Source of the DNA: Octopus vulgaris
Taxonomy: Eukaryota
Assembly: GCA_951406725.2 (NCBI GenBank)
Contig: OX597815.1
Location: 179,304,001-179,368,000, forward strand
DNA: 64,000 bases
Direction: 5' to 3'
Below the pieces are notes generated by a model. The model saw only the letters and a program-made list of their open reading frames with translations. It made no database searches and was not told where the DNA came from. Positions 40,831 through 53,936 of the stretch are shown piece by piece (positions within the stretch are counted from its first letter, which is position 1; the number at the start of each line of letters is the position of its first letter). The translations under genes and the position numbers were made by a program.

Positions 40831-42851
40831 ATGGAACGCAATGGAAATAATATCTCTTTCTCTTTATTTATCTTTTACATTTCTTTAGAAAATTGATGTT
40901 TACAGTCTTAATATATTTTATATGGATATCATCTTTTACTTTTTTGTGTGCAAACGGTTTTTGTTAGATCATGATAGTTTTGATTGTTGATTTATGACTG
41001 AGAAGCAAATACATGCTTACATTAATCCCGGGATTATGCAATCTCTCAAAAAGCATTTTCGTGTGGATAAAAGGATTTTTATCTGAAGGTGGCTTTGTAG
41101 TTATCAGACGCATCGACCAGTGCTACAGAGTAGTTATTACGTTGTTATTCCAAATTGTGTGGACTTCAAATCAGCATTATTACAATAATTAAACGTAAAC
41201 ACGGATTAGCTTTTTATTATCTATATAAACTAATATCTCGACATAATTTATGTGAGAATTCGCCAGCAGACTGAGAAAATTAAAATGGTAAATGTTAAAT
41301 TTCAAACTACTTCTGTATGATGACGTCTGAGAAAAAAAAATTCTCAGGATTACGTCTCCGATGGAGAAGAAGCAATTGCAGAGAACCTGCACGGTGAGTA
41401 ACAGTAGCCATAACGAGGGAAAGATAATTAACGGATTCATGGCGTGTATCTTGAGGAAATAGTATTCAACTTGTTAGTTCAGTGAAGCAAATATCGTTGT
41501 AATTGCGGGAGATCATACCAAGACAAGTAACATCAAATGCAGCTGTGAGATAGAAGTCCTTGAGTGTTGGTGAGCAAGGAATTTGGTTGGATTCAATAAT
41601 TTTTGTAAGCACAGCAACAACACCATCCTTGACATATGGTTTCTGAATTTGATTTTTGAGTTGGGGATAGGATAATTCATTAAGTGTGGAGTATTACCAG
41701 CCTTCAAATGGACAGGATATAAATGTTACGCATCTGGTGCAGTCGTGAATGGAGAAACTTATGGGGTCTTACGCTCCAAATTATAGAAATTAATTAAACG
41801 AGATTTTAATTTCACGCTGTGCATGGCTGGAAAAGTTGAGATGTAATCATGGTTGCTTGGTATCTTTCAATGCGCTGTTGAAGAAACATACTGTGATGAA
41901 AATAGTGGGCGAACTAATGACGAAAGGTCTAGGTCAATGTTTTAGAAATAGAAGCTAAAGATCTCTTTTAAATGATATCCTGCCGTCTTAAAAATACATC
42001 ACATCAGATGATGTAGTTCTACATGAACATAACTAATAAAACACGCTGAAGGTTTATGGGCATCTTCAGAACTTAAATCAGCATTGAGGAACAAATTTCA
42101 ATGAATCGAATTTCTGTGAAAAACAGGGATGTCAATGCTAAATAATAAATATATAATACTTAGCGGCAATAGTTGAAACTCTAATTTTATTATATTTTCT
42201 CTTGATAATTATCGTGGAATGATATTATCATTCCAGAGAGGAACTTTGAATGTTGATTGAGGTTTATTTTTATGTATATGTGTGTGGGTGTGTGTGTACA
42301 TATACATATATATGTAGTATGTATGTACGTATGTATGTGTCGCAGTATTTTTCAGAGCTTACCGCTAATTCAATTCTTAACCAAATGGGAAACCATTAAT
42401 ATTTTAATAGAAAACTGCTCCCTAGCTACATTGAGATTTGGTCCTGTAGAAAAAAGTTTACATTAAAATTTATAGCGATGTTATAAGAGAGTAAGTAACA
42501 CCACAAATCAAGTGCGGATCTAAATAATTTCTTTTTATCTTAAAATCAAAATATATTTATCTTAGCTTTTATGATAGAAGAAAGCGTGACGAATTTCATA
42601 GTTTTGGTCCCATGCAACAAAAAATTGTATGAAAAAAAGTTGTGAGATAAAATATCATGAAAAAATATAAGTAAGGCAAAAAATTGGATTTAAGTATAAT
42701 TAACTTTCTTATTTAAAAAAAAAACTGGTTTAATTAAGCTTAAATGATAGAACTCAATTCGATGAATTTCATGGTATCAATCTCATGCAATAAAGTTTTA
42801 AAAGAAAAAAGTTATGAGTGTTTGTTTCTCAAATTTGAGGGTGACAATATA

Positions 42852-42992
42852 TAAGGTTGTCCCAAAAGTTCGTAGAAAGTCTTGGAAAATAATGGTCTTT
42901 ATTTTGAGGAATAATTTTTGTCGTTTTTGTTAGTACTTGGCGAGTAAAAATTCAATTTTCGCAAGTGTTTACGAACTTTTGGGACAACCTAA
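42852..42992. mobile_element. Tc1/mariner-type MITE
   Basis: 21-bp perfect TIR aggttgtcccaaaagttcgta / tacgaacttttgggacaacct; TA flanks. Confidence 0.85.
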
Positions 42993-43464
42993 TAGTTCTA
43001 TACTTTTTTTATGAATATAGTTCTATAAGGGGACTTTTAATACATGTCACCGGCATCATTGAGGTATGGAAATAACTTAGGCAATAACTCAAGCAAATTT
43101 TACTGTGAATTTGTTGCTATAGGTAGATTTTACCGTAATATATCACTACTTTTTGTATTATTCTATTTATTTTACTAATCATGTACTACTATTATTTTTA
43201 TAACATATTTTCAAATTTCTAAATATTAACTAATAATTAAAAAAATGAATACTTTTTAAAATGCAAAAGATATTTTGAGTTATTTTAAATTTGTAATAGA
43301 AGTAATAAATAGAAGTAATAACTTGTAATACAATTTTTATTTTTAATAAAAGGTAATATTATATAATTTTAAATATTTTATTTGAAATTTTATACTTAGT
43401 TGCAATATTTTAAGTAAAAGTTTTCTTGTTCTGTACCAGATTTATAATCTTAAGAATATTATTT

Positions 43465-43702
43465 CTCTTAACTACGACGCCATATGCCCATAGTTAAGAG
43501 CGCGGGATAGTAACCCCAAGATTTCGAGTTCGATTCCAGGCAGTGACCTGAATATTATTATTATTAATAATAATAATAACATCGTAAAATACCTTAGGAA
43601 CGAGAACCGAGATTCGAAATTTCCCCAATACATAAGATGAGGACAAATATCCGTCAAATGTAAATAATGTACATAATTCCTCATCTCTTAAATATAGAAC
43701 TG
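43465..43702 (+). mobile_element. Second family E SINE copy; HHR deleted, 5' end inverted
   Basis: Same head, (AAT)n and 3' end as 35320-35603; the segment between ccaatac and aagatgagg is missing. Confidence 0.8.
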
Positions 43703-44274
43703 CATGAGTTTATTCACGTTTTGACATTTTACTAATACTGTATTTTTGATATATCTATTCTGCAATTGTTCTTGAATGTCCTGTTTCTAAATGATTAATT
43801 TACTGAAGCAGTTATACACAAATTCCATGAAACAGAACTAAAGAAAAGAAAATTAAGGTTTAGTGGAAACATTTCATTATGAATTTTGGGAATTTATACA
43901 TTATACATAAGCAATCAAAATAATGTCCTGAAGCAGAACAGAGCAGTGATCTATAGACAGAAACTAGTGAACGAATCAAAATAGAAGATCAATATTGTAC
44001 CACAAGTAGGACAATAAAAACAATGTTGCTACAAAGTGTAGCAGGAAATTTTGCTTTTGTCGAGAGTTTGATAAACGACACCCACAAAATGTCGACAGAA
44101 ATACAACGAATTCTGTAGAGAATTTTCTTCTAACTGTAGCTACCTTTACACCTTTGACTAAATTCGTCGTTTCTGGTAAATACACAAGAGTCGTGTTCTC
44201 TTTCCATCTGTGATATAAAATTATCTTTGCACCGTCTATGCTTTTCATAGCCAACATTATTTTGTTGTTCGAGG

Positions 44275-44918
44275 TAGGCGTGACTGTGCAGAGCGGAATT
44301 TGCTTCTCTACCATGTGGTTCCAGGTTCAGTCTCAGTGCGTGACACCTTGGGTCAGTGTCTTCTATTATAGCCTTGGGCCAGCCAAAGCCTTGTCAGTTG
44401 ATTTGGTAGACGGAAACTGAAAGAAACCTGTCGTATATATATATATATATATTTCTAATAAAGTCGTTGGTACGTTGTAATATTATTTCGAGGTAAGCCT
44501 TCCTTGGCGGTAGAGATCCGTTCTTGAGTGAAGTTACTGAATAAGATTTCGCCAGTGTCAAACGATTGTTAGTTGTTGGAACTCTTCCGGATGGGAGTTT
44601 CAATATGTCGCTTAGGCATTCCGAGATGAATAAGCCTGGTGTGGAAGTCAACATACGTATGCTTCAGAACGAAGTGTGAGATGAGTATAGAGTGATAATA
44701 AGAAAATGAAATGGCCAAGGATTGAATGATGGACTTCATTAGCTTACTACTGTCTCTGCTATAGAATGCAGTGGTGTCATAGTGTTGTTAACGTTCCCGT
44801 AACTTTGCAAATTGTCAAAAGAGACTGATAGAATAAGTACCAGGCTTAAAAGAAATAAGCGCTGGGGTCGATTTGTTCGACTAAAATTTGCTCCAGCATA
44901 ACCGCAGACTAATGACTA
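44275..44918 (+). mobile_element. Family A SINE split by an insertion in its central (TA)n
   Basis: Head 44275-44435; tail 44780-44918. Confidence 0.7.
44452..44560 (-). pseudogene. N-terminal fragment of a second PLE ORF
   Basis: TSLKNGSLPPRKAYLEIILQRTNDFIRN resembles the PLE N-terminal YS.KNIP.P...Y...LI.K...FI.RMRW. Confidence 0.5.
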
Positions 44919-46000
44919 CGATATACTTCCGCTTTCTGAAGCAGAAAGCTTTACGCATTTAACACGTTTAAATCCACCTTTTGCTCTTCATCTCCTTTTA
45001 TATCAATAATAATCTTCTGAAAATTGTTTTCTTTGGATTAGAGCTCTGGCCAGTGAGATGATTTGGTCAGTTAATCATCATTGTAACATTTTCTCTGGAT
45101 TGGCCTGTATGTAATTTCTATCGAAAGAACGATACGGGAGATCTTACGTCATCAGAAACAGTCACATGTCTAGAAACTGCAAGTGAGTGTGGCAATGACA
45201 GATAATATGTTAACAGCGAAAGAAAGTAGTCTGAACGAAGAGACTTTAGGAAATAGCTGTCTCGTGAAAAGAACTATGGTAGGAAACTCGTAGAAAAGTT
45301 TTTCATTTTAATCAGTCAAAGAAACATTAATCTTATATATGTAAAAACATTGATAAATGAGTTTTGACATTGCGTTTATATCATATGATACCGTACATAT
45401 TATTCAGTTATTAATAATTGAGTAGAAACTTTAATTTGTACAAAAAACGCCATTCAATCTAATATTTCTTGCGAATTCAAATGTCTTCTATATTAAAATA
45501 GATTTGCTTTACATAACAGTAAAGAAAACGTATTCAAGCCCACTTTTATATAATTTTTACTATTTCTATCTTTTATTCTTTATGAAAAACCTAGAATCAG
45601 TTCCGTAATTTCTTTAAAAAACTTGTAAGTCGAAAATTCGCCTGTGAGATATAGAATACGATTCACTAAATATGATACGATTCAAACCTAATTGCATAGG
45701 ACGGCAGGCATTCAATTTAAAACTTTCTCAGTGTTTAATTATTTATACTATAGAAAACTTTCGAGCTATATTTACGTATATTCGGTAAAGAATCATTATT
45801 ATACGCCCCCCCCAAAAACTCCCAGAAAGGTTGTTTATATATTTTACTATACAGAATGTTACCACATAACTCTGTGAGTTTGCTAATTTATCTCTCAGAA
45901 TACATACATACACACACATACACACATATATATATATATATGTGTATATATATGTATATTTATATATGTATATATATATATATATATACTCGTATATACG

Positions 46001-46090
<90 letters not shown>

Positions 46091-46227
46091 CATTTTTTGG
46101 TGTGTATTGTGGTTTTATATACATATATATATATACATATATATATATACACGTATATACATATATATACACGTATATACATATATATACATGTATATAT
46201 ATATAAATACACGTACATACATACACA

Positions 46228-46271
<44 letters not shown>

Positions 46272-46633
46272 TATATATATATGTATATATATGTGTGTGT
46301 GTGTGTGCGCGCGAAAGAATTTGTATGTGCAACTGTCAAATAATTATATAGCTTAGAGAAAAATGCGAAGTCAGCTCTTTCAATTAATTCTCAATAAGTT
46401 TGTTTTGGTTATTCATCGAAATTATTTTTGGTTAGGCAAAATGAAAACAGGTTATTGTCATCAATTACTTGTATGCCAATATGATTAACAATTTCACACC
46501 GCAGCCATAAGTTTCGGGTTTCGAACCTATTCTGTTGTACACCAATAAGCGTGATTATATTTTATTTTCCTCTCAATTTAGTTTCTATATTTTGCCACTG
46601 AAAGTATACAAGTCAAATTCTTAAATATGGCTT

Positions 46634-47318
46634 TGTATAAATATAAACTTGTAACCGGTTCAAATATGGTTGAGGCATATTTGAAACTGTAAAAAAAGGC
46701 CATTTTCTCTATTTTGCCATGGAGACAATTTACTGCTGCAGTCAAATAGGTTTAAATACACTGAGTCAGCACACAGCGTCCTCTAATCAGACTGGGATGC
46801 GTGCATTTCGGAGTGGTTATCCCTTCCTCAGCAACAGATACTAGAAAGGCAGACGTTGCGAACTAACACAAGGGACATTTTCCTATTATGATGTCCCCGC
46901 GATCGTTCAGTGACTGGTTATGCCATTTCTTACGGCTTCAAATATGCCTAAAGCATAACAAAAGTTAGTATTAAAGACTAATGTTTAGACATGACTAAAT
47001 ACAAACGTCAACAATGACATGTATCGCATAATATGCTTTTGTTTACAACACGTATACATATAAACTACTGGGTGACATGTATGTATACATAGGGATCTGT
47101 CTTTCCGGTCTCTGGGGCTAAAAAGGAGATAACCACTCTCAAATGCATGTATCCAACAGCAATATGGGTAGGGAATGTTCTGAGCTGACTCGGTGCATTT
47201 ACACCTAATTGTCTACAGTGAGAAATTTTCACAATGACCAAATATAGTGAATGGCTTTCTTACGGGTTCGAATATGCCTCAAATGTATTTGAACTGGTAA
47301 TAAACTTGTATTTATGCA
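46634..47318. mobile_element. Old non-autonomous DNA element with ~100-bp imperfect terminal inverted repeats
   Basis: 46634-46735 matches the reverse complement of 47217-47318 (ggttcaaata..tgaggcatatt.gaa). Confidence 0.7.
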
Positions 47319-47332
47319 TGCATACATACATA

Positions 47333-47563
47333 CAGGGTTGACCAAGAGTCACCTGACACTAAATCAAAATTCCTTAAATACTATCTGTAATTCTGTATTG
47401 ACTCAAGTGGAAAAACGGTGTCTCAAAAGGACTTCAGTTTGAAAAATTTTCGTATTGTTTCATATTTCGATGCTTTTATTAAATTCATTCAGTTGTTAAA
47501 CATAAATGAATCTCAGAATGAAATGGTTTTGATTTACTGTCTGGTGACTTTTGGCCAACCCTG
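47333..47563. mobile_element. Tc1-type MITE
   Basis: TIR cagggttgaccaagagtcacc / ggtgacttttggccaaccctg; TA target duplication. Confidence 0.9.
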
Positions 47564-47582
47564 TACATAATACCTACCGATC

Positions 47583-47613
<31 letters not shown>

Positions 47614-49276
47614 CCCCCACACACTCACATACATACACGCACATATTCAGAGGTTACTTTCTTGTGTAAAAAATAGGAATTAGTACTTAATATATCTAAC
47701 AAGGAATGTCTTTTATTTGCTTGAATTACACTTTTTTGTGACTCAAGTTTCGTGCCACAGCATCCGTCAATTACTATAATTTCGTTTTATATCCAGCGTT
47801 GAGCAGCCATATATTTCTGTCTTTCATTTCGATTGTTAGGTGCCACGCATTTGTTTTGGTGTGTATTGTGGTTTTTTGTTTCTTTGTTTTTTGATATATT
47901 GTTTCGTTTTGTTCATTTAGGAGCATGTATTCAGGTTTTTGCGTGTGATATTGTTTGCTTATATCATGATTTGTTCTTTTCGTCGGTATGTACACATATA
48001 TTAACATTCACGCATATATAGGTATATATACAAATATACATACGTGTATACATATACATACACCAGTTGATATATAAACTTATTTGTTAAAGAAACTTGT
48101 TATTCATGGAAAATTTTCTCTTCATCACATTTACTCGTGTTTTGAAACTCTGAAGACCGTATTTCCTGTTGGCTAAAATGTTGACATTGGAAAAAAAAGG
48201 ATTTTTAATGGTTCATTGGTTGAACTCTGTTTTTATCATTTTTGAAAGATCAGATATTTTTATAGATATGAAGATGCCCAGTTTGCTAAATTGTACACAA
48301 GTTTTCACAGTTCGTTAGTCGCTCGCTATGAATATAATTTTTGTGTTTGAGCGGTGTTTATTGAATAGTTTTATGGTCCGGCGGCCATATCTAAATTTTG
48401 TATATGTGGTTTTCGGTTTTCTCTATCTGTTTCTAAAAGTATTTCTATGTGCGTCTATATCTGGGTGGTATTTGCGTGCTTTGTTTGGATTATCTCTGTG
48501 TGCTTCAATCAACGTAAATATATGATCAACTCCTGTAATCGCATAATCCATTTAATGGCTACCAAATTCTCAGAACGACAAACGGGAGTAGCTTTTTGTA
48601 TAAAAAGGATTTATTGACAAAGGAAATTAAAATATAGACATTAAAAAATTTCTTCCAAAACATTTTGCATGAAATATATATTGCGTTGTGATGGTGAGCC
48701 GAAAATAATATTTCCTTAATTTAAATAACAAAATTAGCAAGAAAAAAATTCATTATCATTAAAGAAAATTTATCTTCAGAAGAACAAGAGAGAGACGTTC
48801 CGATATATCAATCAACAAAAGATTTAATATTACGGGAGATATGCAAAAAGGAAAATAGCACTGATCTATGAAAGCACTGTCGACTATTCCGAAAATGGTG
48901 TAGTCTTACTGGCTGTCTTTGGTGAAGCATAGTCAAGAAAATAAGGACTTGACAGGTCCTCGGAAAAATGTAACTCTCTAGAGCTTAAATTATACAGATA
49001 TCTGAAGAAACCATTTATGATAACATTACTAGCATTTTTAACGTCACTGAATTTCTAATCAAAGCAAAGGAAAATACTTCTATCTCTTGTGCTAAATTTG
49101 TTTCCATCTCGTAGCAGCAGAGAGGAACAGTTAGTACATGGCACGACACCAGTCAAACTACGTCATCTAAATCAGCCAATGAGAAAGAATCTCACTCATT
49201 CCCGCTCATCATAATTAGATGTTGAGAACGCTTCACCGCTTGGAACTAACGTTCGATCTTTTGCAAATTTTTAGCA

Positions 49277-49337
<61 letters not shown>

Positions 49338-51201
49338 ACACACACACAAACACACACACACACATCTGAAGTTGACCATTTCAACGCCGCATACTTATTC
49401 TCTCTTGCTGAAGACTGCTTTCAACTCTCAGGAATACGTTTGTTAAACAGTATCCTTTCAAAGTTAATAAATTTATCCAACAATAAAATAGACACAAACC
49501 TAGAATTTCATAGGGTGTATAATCATTTAGAATACCAATTATTTTATTACACTCGGAGATGTGAGATAGAAATTCGATTCCAGTAGTAGTTAGAACATTG
49601 TTCATTGTGGTAGGACTGGATATTGGCTGTTTGACAAGTTTATTTTAAAATACTGACGTAAAGAGAGCTTTCTATTCATATATACATAGAAGAGGAAACA
49701 AACGGATAATTATCATATTATACAGCCATCAGTCCCAGAGAACTATGGAGTTACGCTAGAGGAACACAGCATAAACTAGGAAGATTCGCGTGATTATCCT
49801 GGATGTCTTTGTTTGTATTTTCTGAGTCAGAAGCCATTTTCCTGAGCCAGAAGCTAATTTCTGTCAGATGGCTGTGTTAATGATTGTTTGTTCGAGATAT
49901 CATTTCAGATGTTTATTGAAGTGCTTCGATGGAAATGATCTTATTCTCCATTCATGAAATTCCATTGTTTCAGTAGAGAGAACATAATCTACGCGCTGAT
50001 CAAATTAACAACGGTCGAAACGATGGTTTTATTCTTATATTGTGAGAATTATCGGTTGATTTAGAAAATGAAATATTTAGATATAATTCTAATCATAGCT
50101 TTGTAAATTCATTATGGAATCACCGGAACTCTTCGCAATTGTGGAATATCAAAGACCTCGTTATGTGGTGCTCATAGGTCAATCTGAATTATCCTCGGTA
50201 CTGTGCATGAAATTCCAAGTGGCATTAATGATGGTAAATCAGCTCAGTAAACTAGTCAATCAAATTCTCTTCAGTCACACAGCGTTACTCCCCTTTCAGT
50301 AGGGACTCACTTAAGTGTTATAACCGGAACATGATGATATGAACTTTTTATTGTTCAATAGACCCCAACCCTCTAATTATTCTTGCTGTAACGCTACATT
50401 TACCCGCGAATGATGCCCAATACTCTGTCAACTCTTATCAAACATATTTATGTGTTTACGTGTTATTATATACCCCCTTTAAGATTATTTTTATCATATC
50501 ACTCCCTATATATTGTTTGCAGTGGTGCAGAAGAAATGAGTAAGGTACAATTCAATTATTAAGTTTGCTAGGCGTGTAGGGACCGAAACAAGAACTAGAA
50601 ACTCTACAAAATCATAAACAGTTTGCTCCACGCTTGGAACTTTGGTTTCCTGACTTTTAATTTTTAATTTCCTCATATTAATCTCGCTTCCCAATCATAT
50701 GGTTCCGGGTTCAACCTCACTGCGTGACACCTTAGGCTATGCCTTGTGAGTGGATTTGGTACACGGAAACAGAAGGAAGCCCGTAGCATGAATATATGCA
50801 CACACACACACACACACATTAGAAGAAATAAGGTACTCAGAAATCTGGATGGTTTTATATTTACAGATTTTTATGAATATGTCACATGTTTTTATAAATC
50901 ATATATCAGCGCTTGCATCTACTCTAGTAGACTCTTCAGAAATCTGAAGAGTCTTCTAGAGTAGATTTGCAGGACCACTTTTCTGTGAGTGAACTTAATG
51001 CTTGGGTTCAAATTCGAAACCGATGTCTCTAAAGCCAATAAAAATTTTTAAGTGTTAAGACCAAACCAGTAATTAAATATAAGTTGAATATCTATGAATT
51101 TTCAAAATTGAAAATTGATTATTTTCTGTTATCATATAAAAGATGAAATGCAAAGTGATGATAAACGCAGTATACAAAATATATAAATGCTCTAATAGGA
51201 G

Positions 51202-51354
51202 ATTTCATCTTTACGTTCTGAGTTCAAATTCCGCCGAGGTCAATTTTGCCTTTCATCCTTTCGGGATCGATAAAATATGTACCAGCTGAACACTGGGGTC
51301 GATGTTATTGACTTACTCCATTCCCCCGAAATTGCTAAAGTTTGAAACTAATAT
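51202..51354 (+). mobile_element. 5'-truncated family B SINE with an 11-bp TSD
   Basis: TSD tctaataggag at 51191-51201 and 51355-51365. Confidence 0.85.
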
Positions 51355-51469
51355 TCTAATAGGAGGATTGCTGCAAAAAGCCAATCATAAAACCCCATAT
51401 ATATATCGAAGATAGCTCCGACTACCAAAAGTAAGTGCTTTCATTTACTATATTTTCCCTTCTAAAGGT

Positions 51470-51830
51470 ATTTAACTCGAACCATGTTTACCACTTTCAT
51501 CAGGGTTTCACCAAATCTCCTTGAGGGGAGACTCGTTCTCTACACATTCATCTTCTCCAAATGAAACTTGAGAAATCTGATCAGGTCAGGGAGAAAAGTG
51601 TTTATTATCAGTTCTTTCGGCCATGTCCACCCATACGCCATCTTTTGTCATAACCACCAGAAATATGAAAAAAACCTACCCTACCCTTTCCTACCAAAGA
51701 AAGGCGATGAGATAATCCTGACGATGTACTCGGTCGATTGTTGCTTCATCGAATATATGTGAGCAGCTTCGCAAAGTTTCATCATGATTGGAATAATGAT
51801 CGATACGGGTGGAGAACGATTTCCTCACTC
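51470..51830 (-). pseudogene. Tx1/L1-like ORF2 C-terminal relic
   Basis: NHDET.. and LVVMTKDGVW...DLIRFLKFHLEK remnants. Confidence 0.4.
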
Positions 51831-52614
51831 TGCACGCATGTCGAGTGAACTCGTGTGACAAACGTTCGTCCTTGTAATTTACCAAATGACGTTTTACATA
51901 ATAGAACATTATTTGACTATTACGAAAAGTATTTACTAATGTCAATTGAATACCCGCGTATCAAACAGGAAACGAAGCGAAAACGAAAATGTTGGAGGAT
52001 AACTGTGTACGTAATTTGTCCGGCTCTTATCATAATAAAGTTTTAGAGATGAAAATACAATCAACCGTCACGTGTAAAGAAACTAACGGAAAGCGAGTCA
52101 TATTAACAACACACCAATTTAATCCATCTCTAAAACTTTAGTAAAAATGATAAACAAGGCAAAGAAAACTCGTAAATTTAGGTAAAGGATTAGAGAGAAA
52201 TGCATTCTTTCAGCTTAATGGAAATATGCATGAAAAATGAAACGGAAAACCCCCAGCATTGCTGGGGGTTTAATCATAATATATGATTAAAACAAATAAA
52301 CAAAATAAACGGTGTTCGATGAAGATGTTGAAAGTGTAAGTAAAGATCCAGGCTTTAGTCTTCATATTTTGCAAATAAACCATAGAAAGTAAAATGAAAA
52401 CGAGAGAAATATATTTGTATGCTGCATACTTTCATATTTTATAGCTGTTGAGTATGCATATTTAAAAACATGCGTAGTTTACAGCTACATTCTCACGAAA
52501 GAGAAATTATATTTTTTATGTTAAATATAAAGAGAAAATAATTATGGATTCCAAAGGACTTGCTAATTTAAGAAGAAATGCTTTCATATCCGAAAATGTA
52601 TCAATGCTTAAAAT

Positions 52615-52820
52615 ATTAGTTTCAAATTTCAGCACAAGACCAGAATGTTTGGGGGAGAGAGTAAGTCAATTACATCGACCCCAGTCTTCAACTGGTACTT
52701 ATGTTATCGACCTTGAAAGAAGGATGAAAGGCAAAGGGGATCTCGGTGGAATTTGAACTCAGAACATAAAGATGAATGCAATGTCGCTAAGTATTTCGCC
52801 CGACACGGTAACGATTCTGC
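52615..52820 (-). mobile_element. SINE family B, diverged
   Basis: aggatgaaaggcaaag...ggaatttgaactcagaac. Confidence 0.8.
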
Positions 52821-53649
52821 TTTAACAATACTTAAGATATTCAAAATCATAACAAAAACATAGAACGAGAATAATAAAAAAAATCATCGAGAACTTAAGT
52901 CAGGATCAGAGATCTAATATTTTCAAAACCACATAACCAAACCCAACATGACAAGCAGACGATCAATCAACAAAACTGAACTTGAATAACTCAAACAAGA
53001 ATAGAAATAAAAGAAAAGGTGAGAAAAATGGTAGAATAGAAAATTCTTTTGATGAAAATCATCAATACGGTGAGAAAAGTTTTAAAATAATTGAAATCGA
53101 TATGAGATCTTAGAGACCAATTAAAATATCTCAAACATCTAGGGATGAGAGTTAATGAAGAAATAGCTTGTATAGTTAAAAAAAAAATGCTAGCCTAGTC
53201 ATTGAAAAATTAAATGAAAACAGACACAAAAATCAATATCACCAGGGTAAACGAAATACTGTATAGAGAATACACAATAGTTACAAATAAAATTTGGCAC
53301 GCTCACATAAGCTAGCCGTATAGAAATTTGAAAACCCAAGAAAACAACATGAAAATGAAACATACGGAGGAAAATGGTTAAAAAGAGATGTCTTAACCTT
53401 TTATGAAATCAATATTTAAAAGATATAGAAGACAGAATAGAGAAATATAACTGAAATATGCGAATAAAAAGTAATATCTGACATCGAAGAACGTTAAAAA
53501 CAAAAGAGTCCCCCCAAAGCTGCGAGCGAACCGATTCTCCAGGCCCAAAGGATTCCATCAAGAATTAGATATACATAAAATGGCAGTGAAGGAAGTATCC
53601 AGCGCGGGAAACATTTTGGGTAAGATCAAAGGATCACCGTGGACAAGAC

Positions 53650-53691
<42 letters not shown>

Positions 53692-53808
53692 AAATCAATC
53701 ATCAACCATCAGAAAATACCCAATCAATACTTTATTAAACCATTACACAATAGCAATGATATTATACATTAATATAGTACAAATATAACAAGACATAGAA
53801 ATATATTT

Positions 53809-53936
53809 ACATTGTAGCTGACAGCTGTTTCGGCCGTGAAGACAGGTATGTCCCATTTAACCTATTAGCCATATAAAGCAGGTATAAATGAGACATTAAC
53901 AAGAATGGCTCACGGCCTCTTCAGAGAATTTAATGC
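53809..53936 (-). ncRNA. Type-I hammerhead ribozyme with canonical core and a large stem-II insertion
   Basis: Minus strand: ct-CTGAAGA-GGCCGTGA[~70 nt with inner stem]TCACGGCC-GAAA-CAGCTG-TC-ag; stem I interrupted. Confidence 0.75.

Noticed and set aside
41348-41393. Possible host exon (cag|...cg|gtgagt); also the donor-like site near 13708
   Set aside because: Weak acceptor and no recognisable protein; unsupported without RNA-seq
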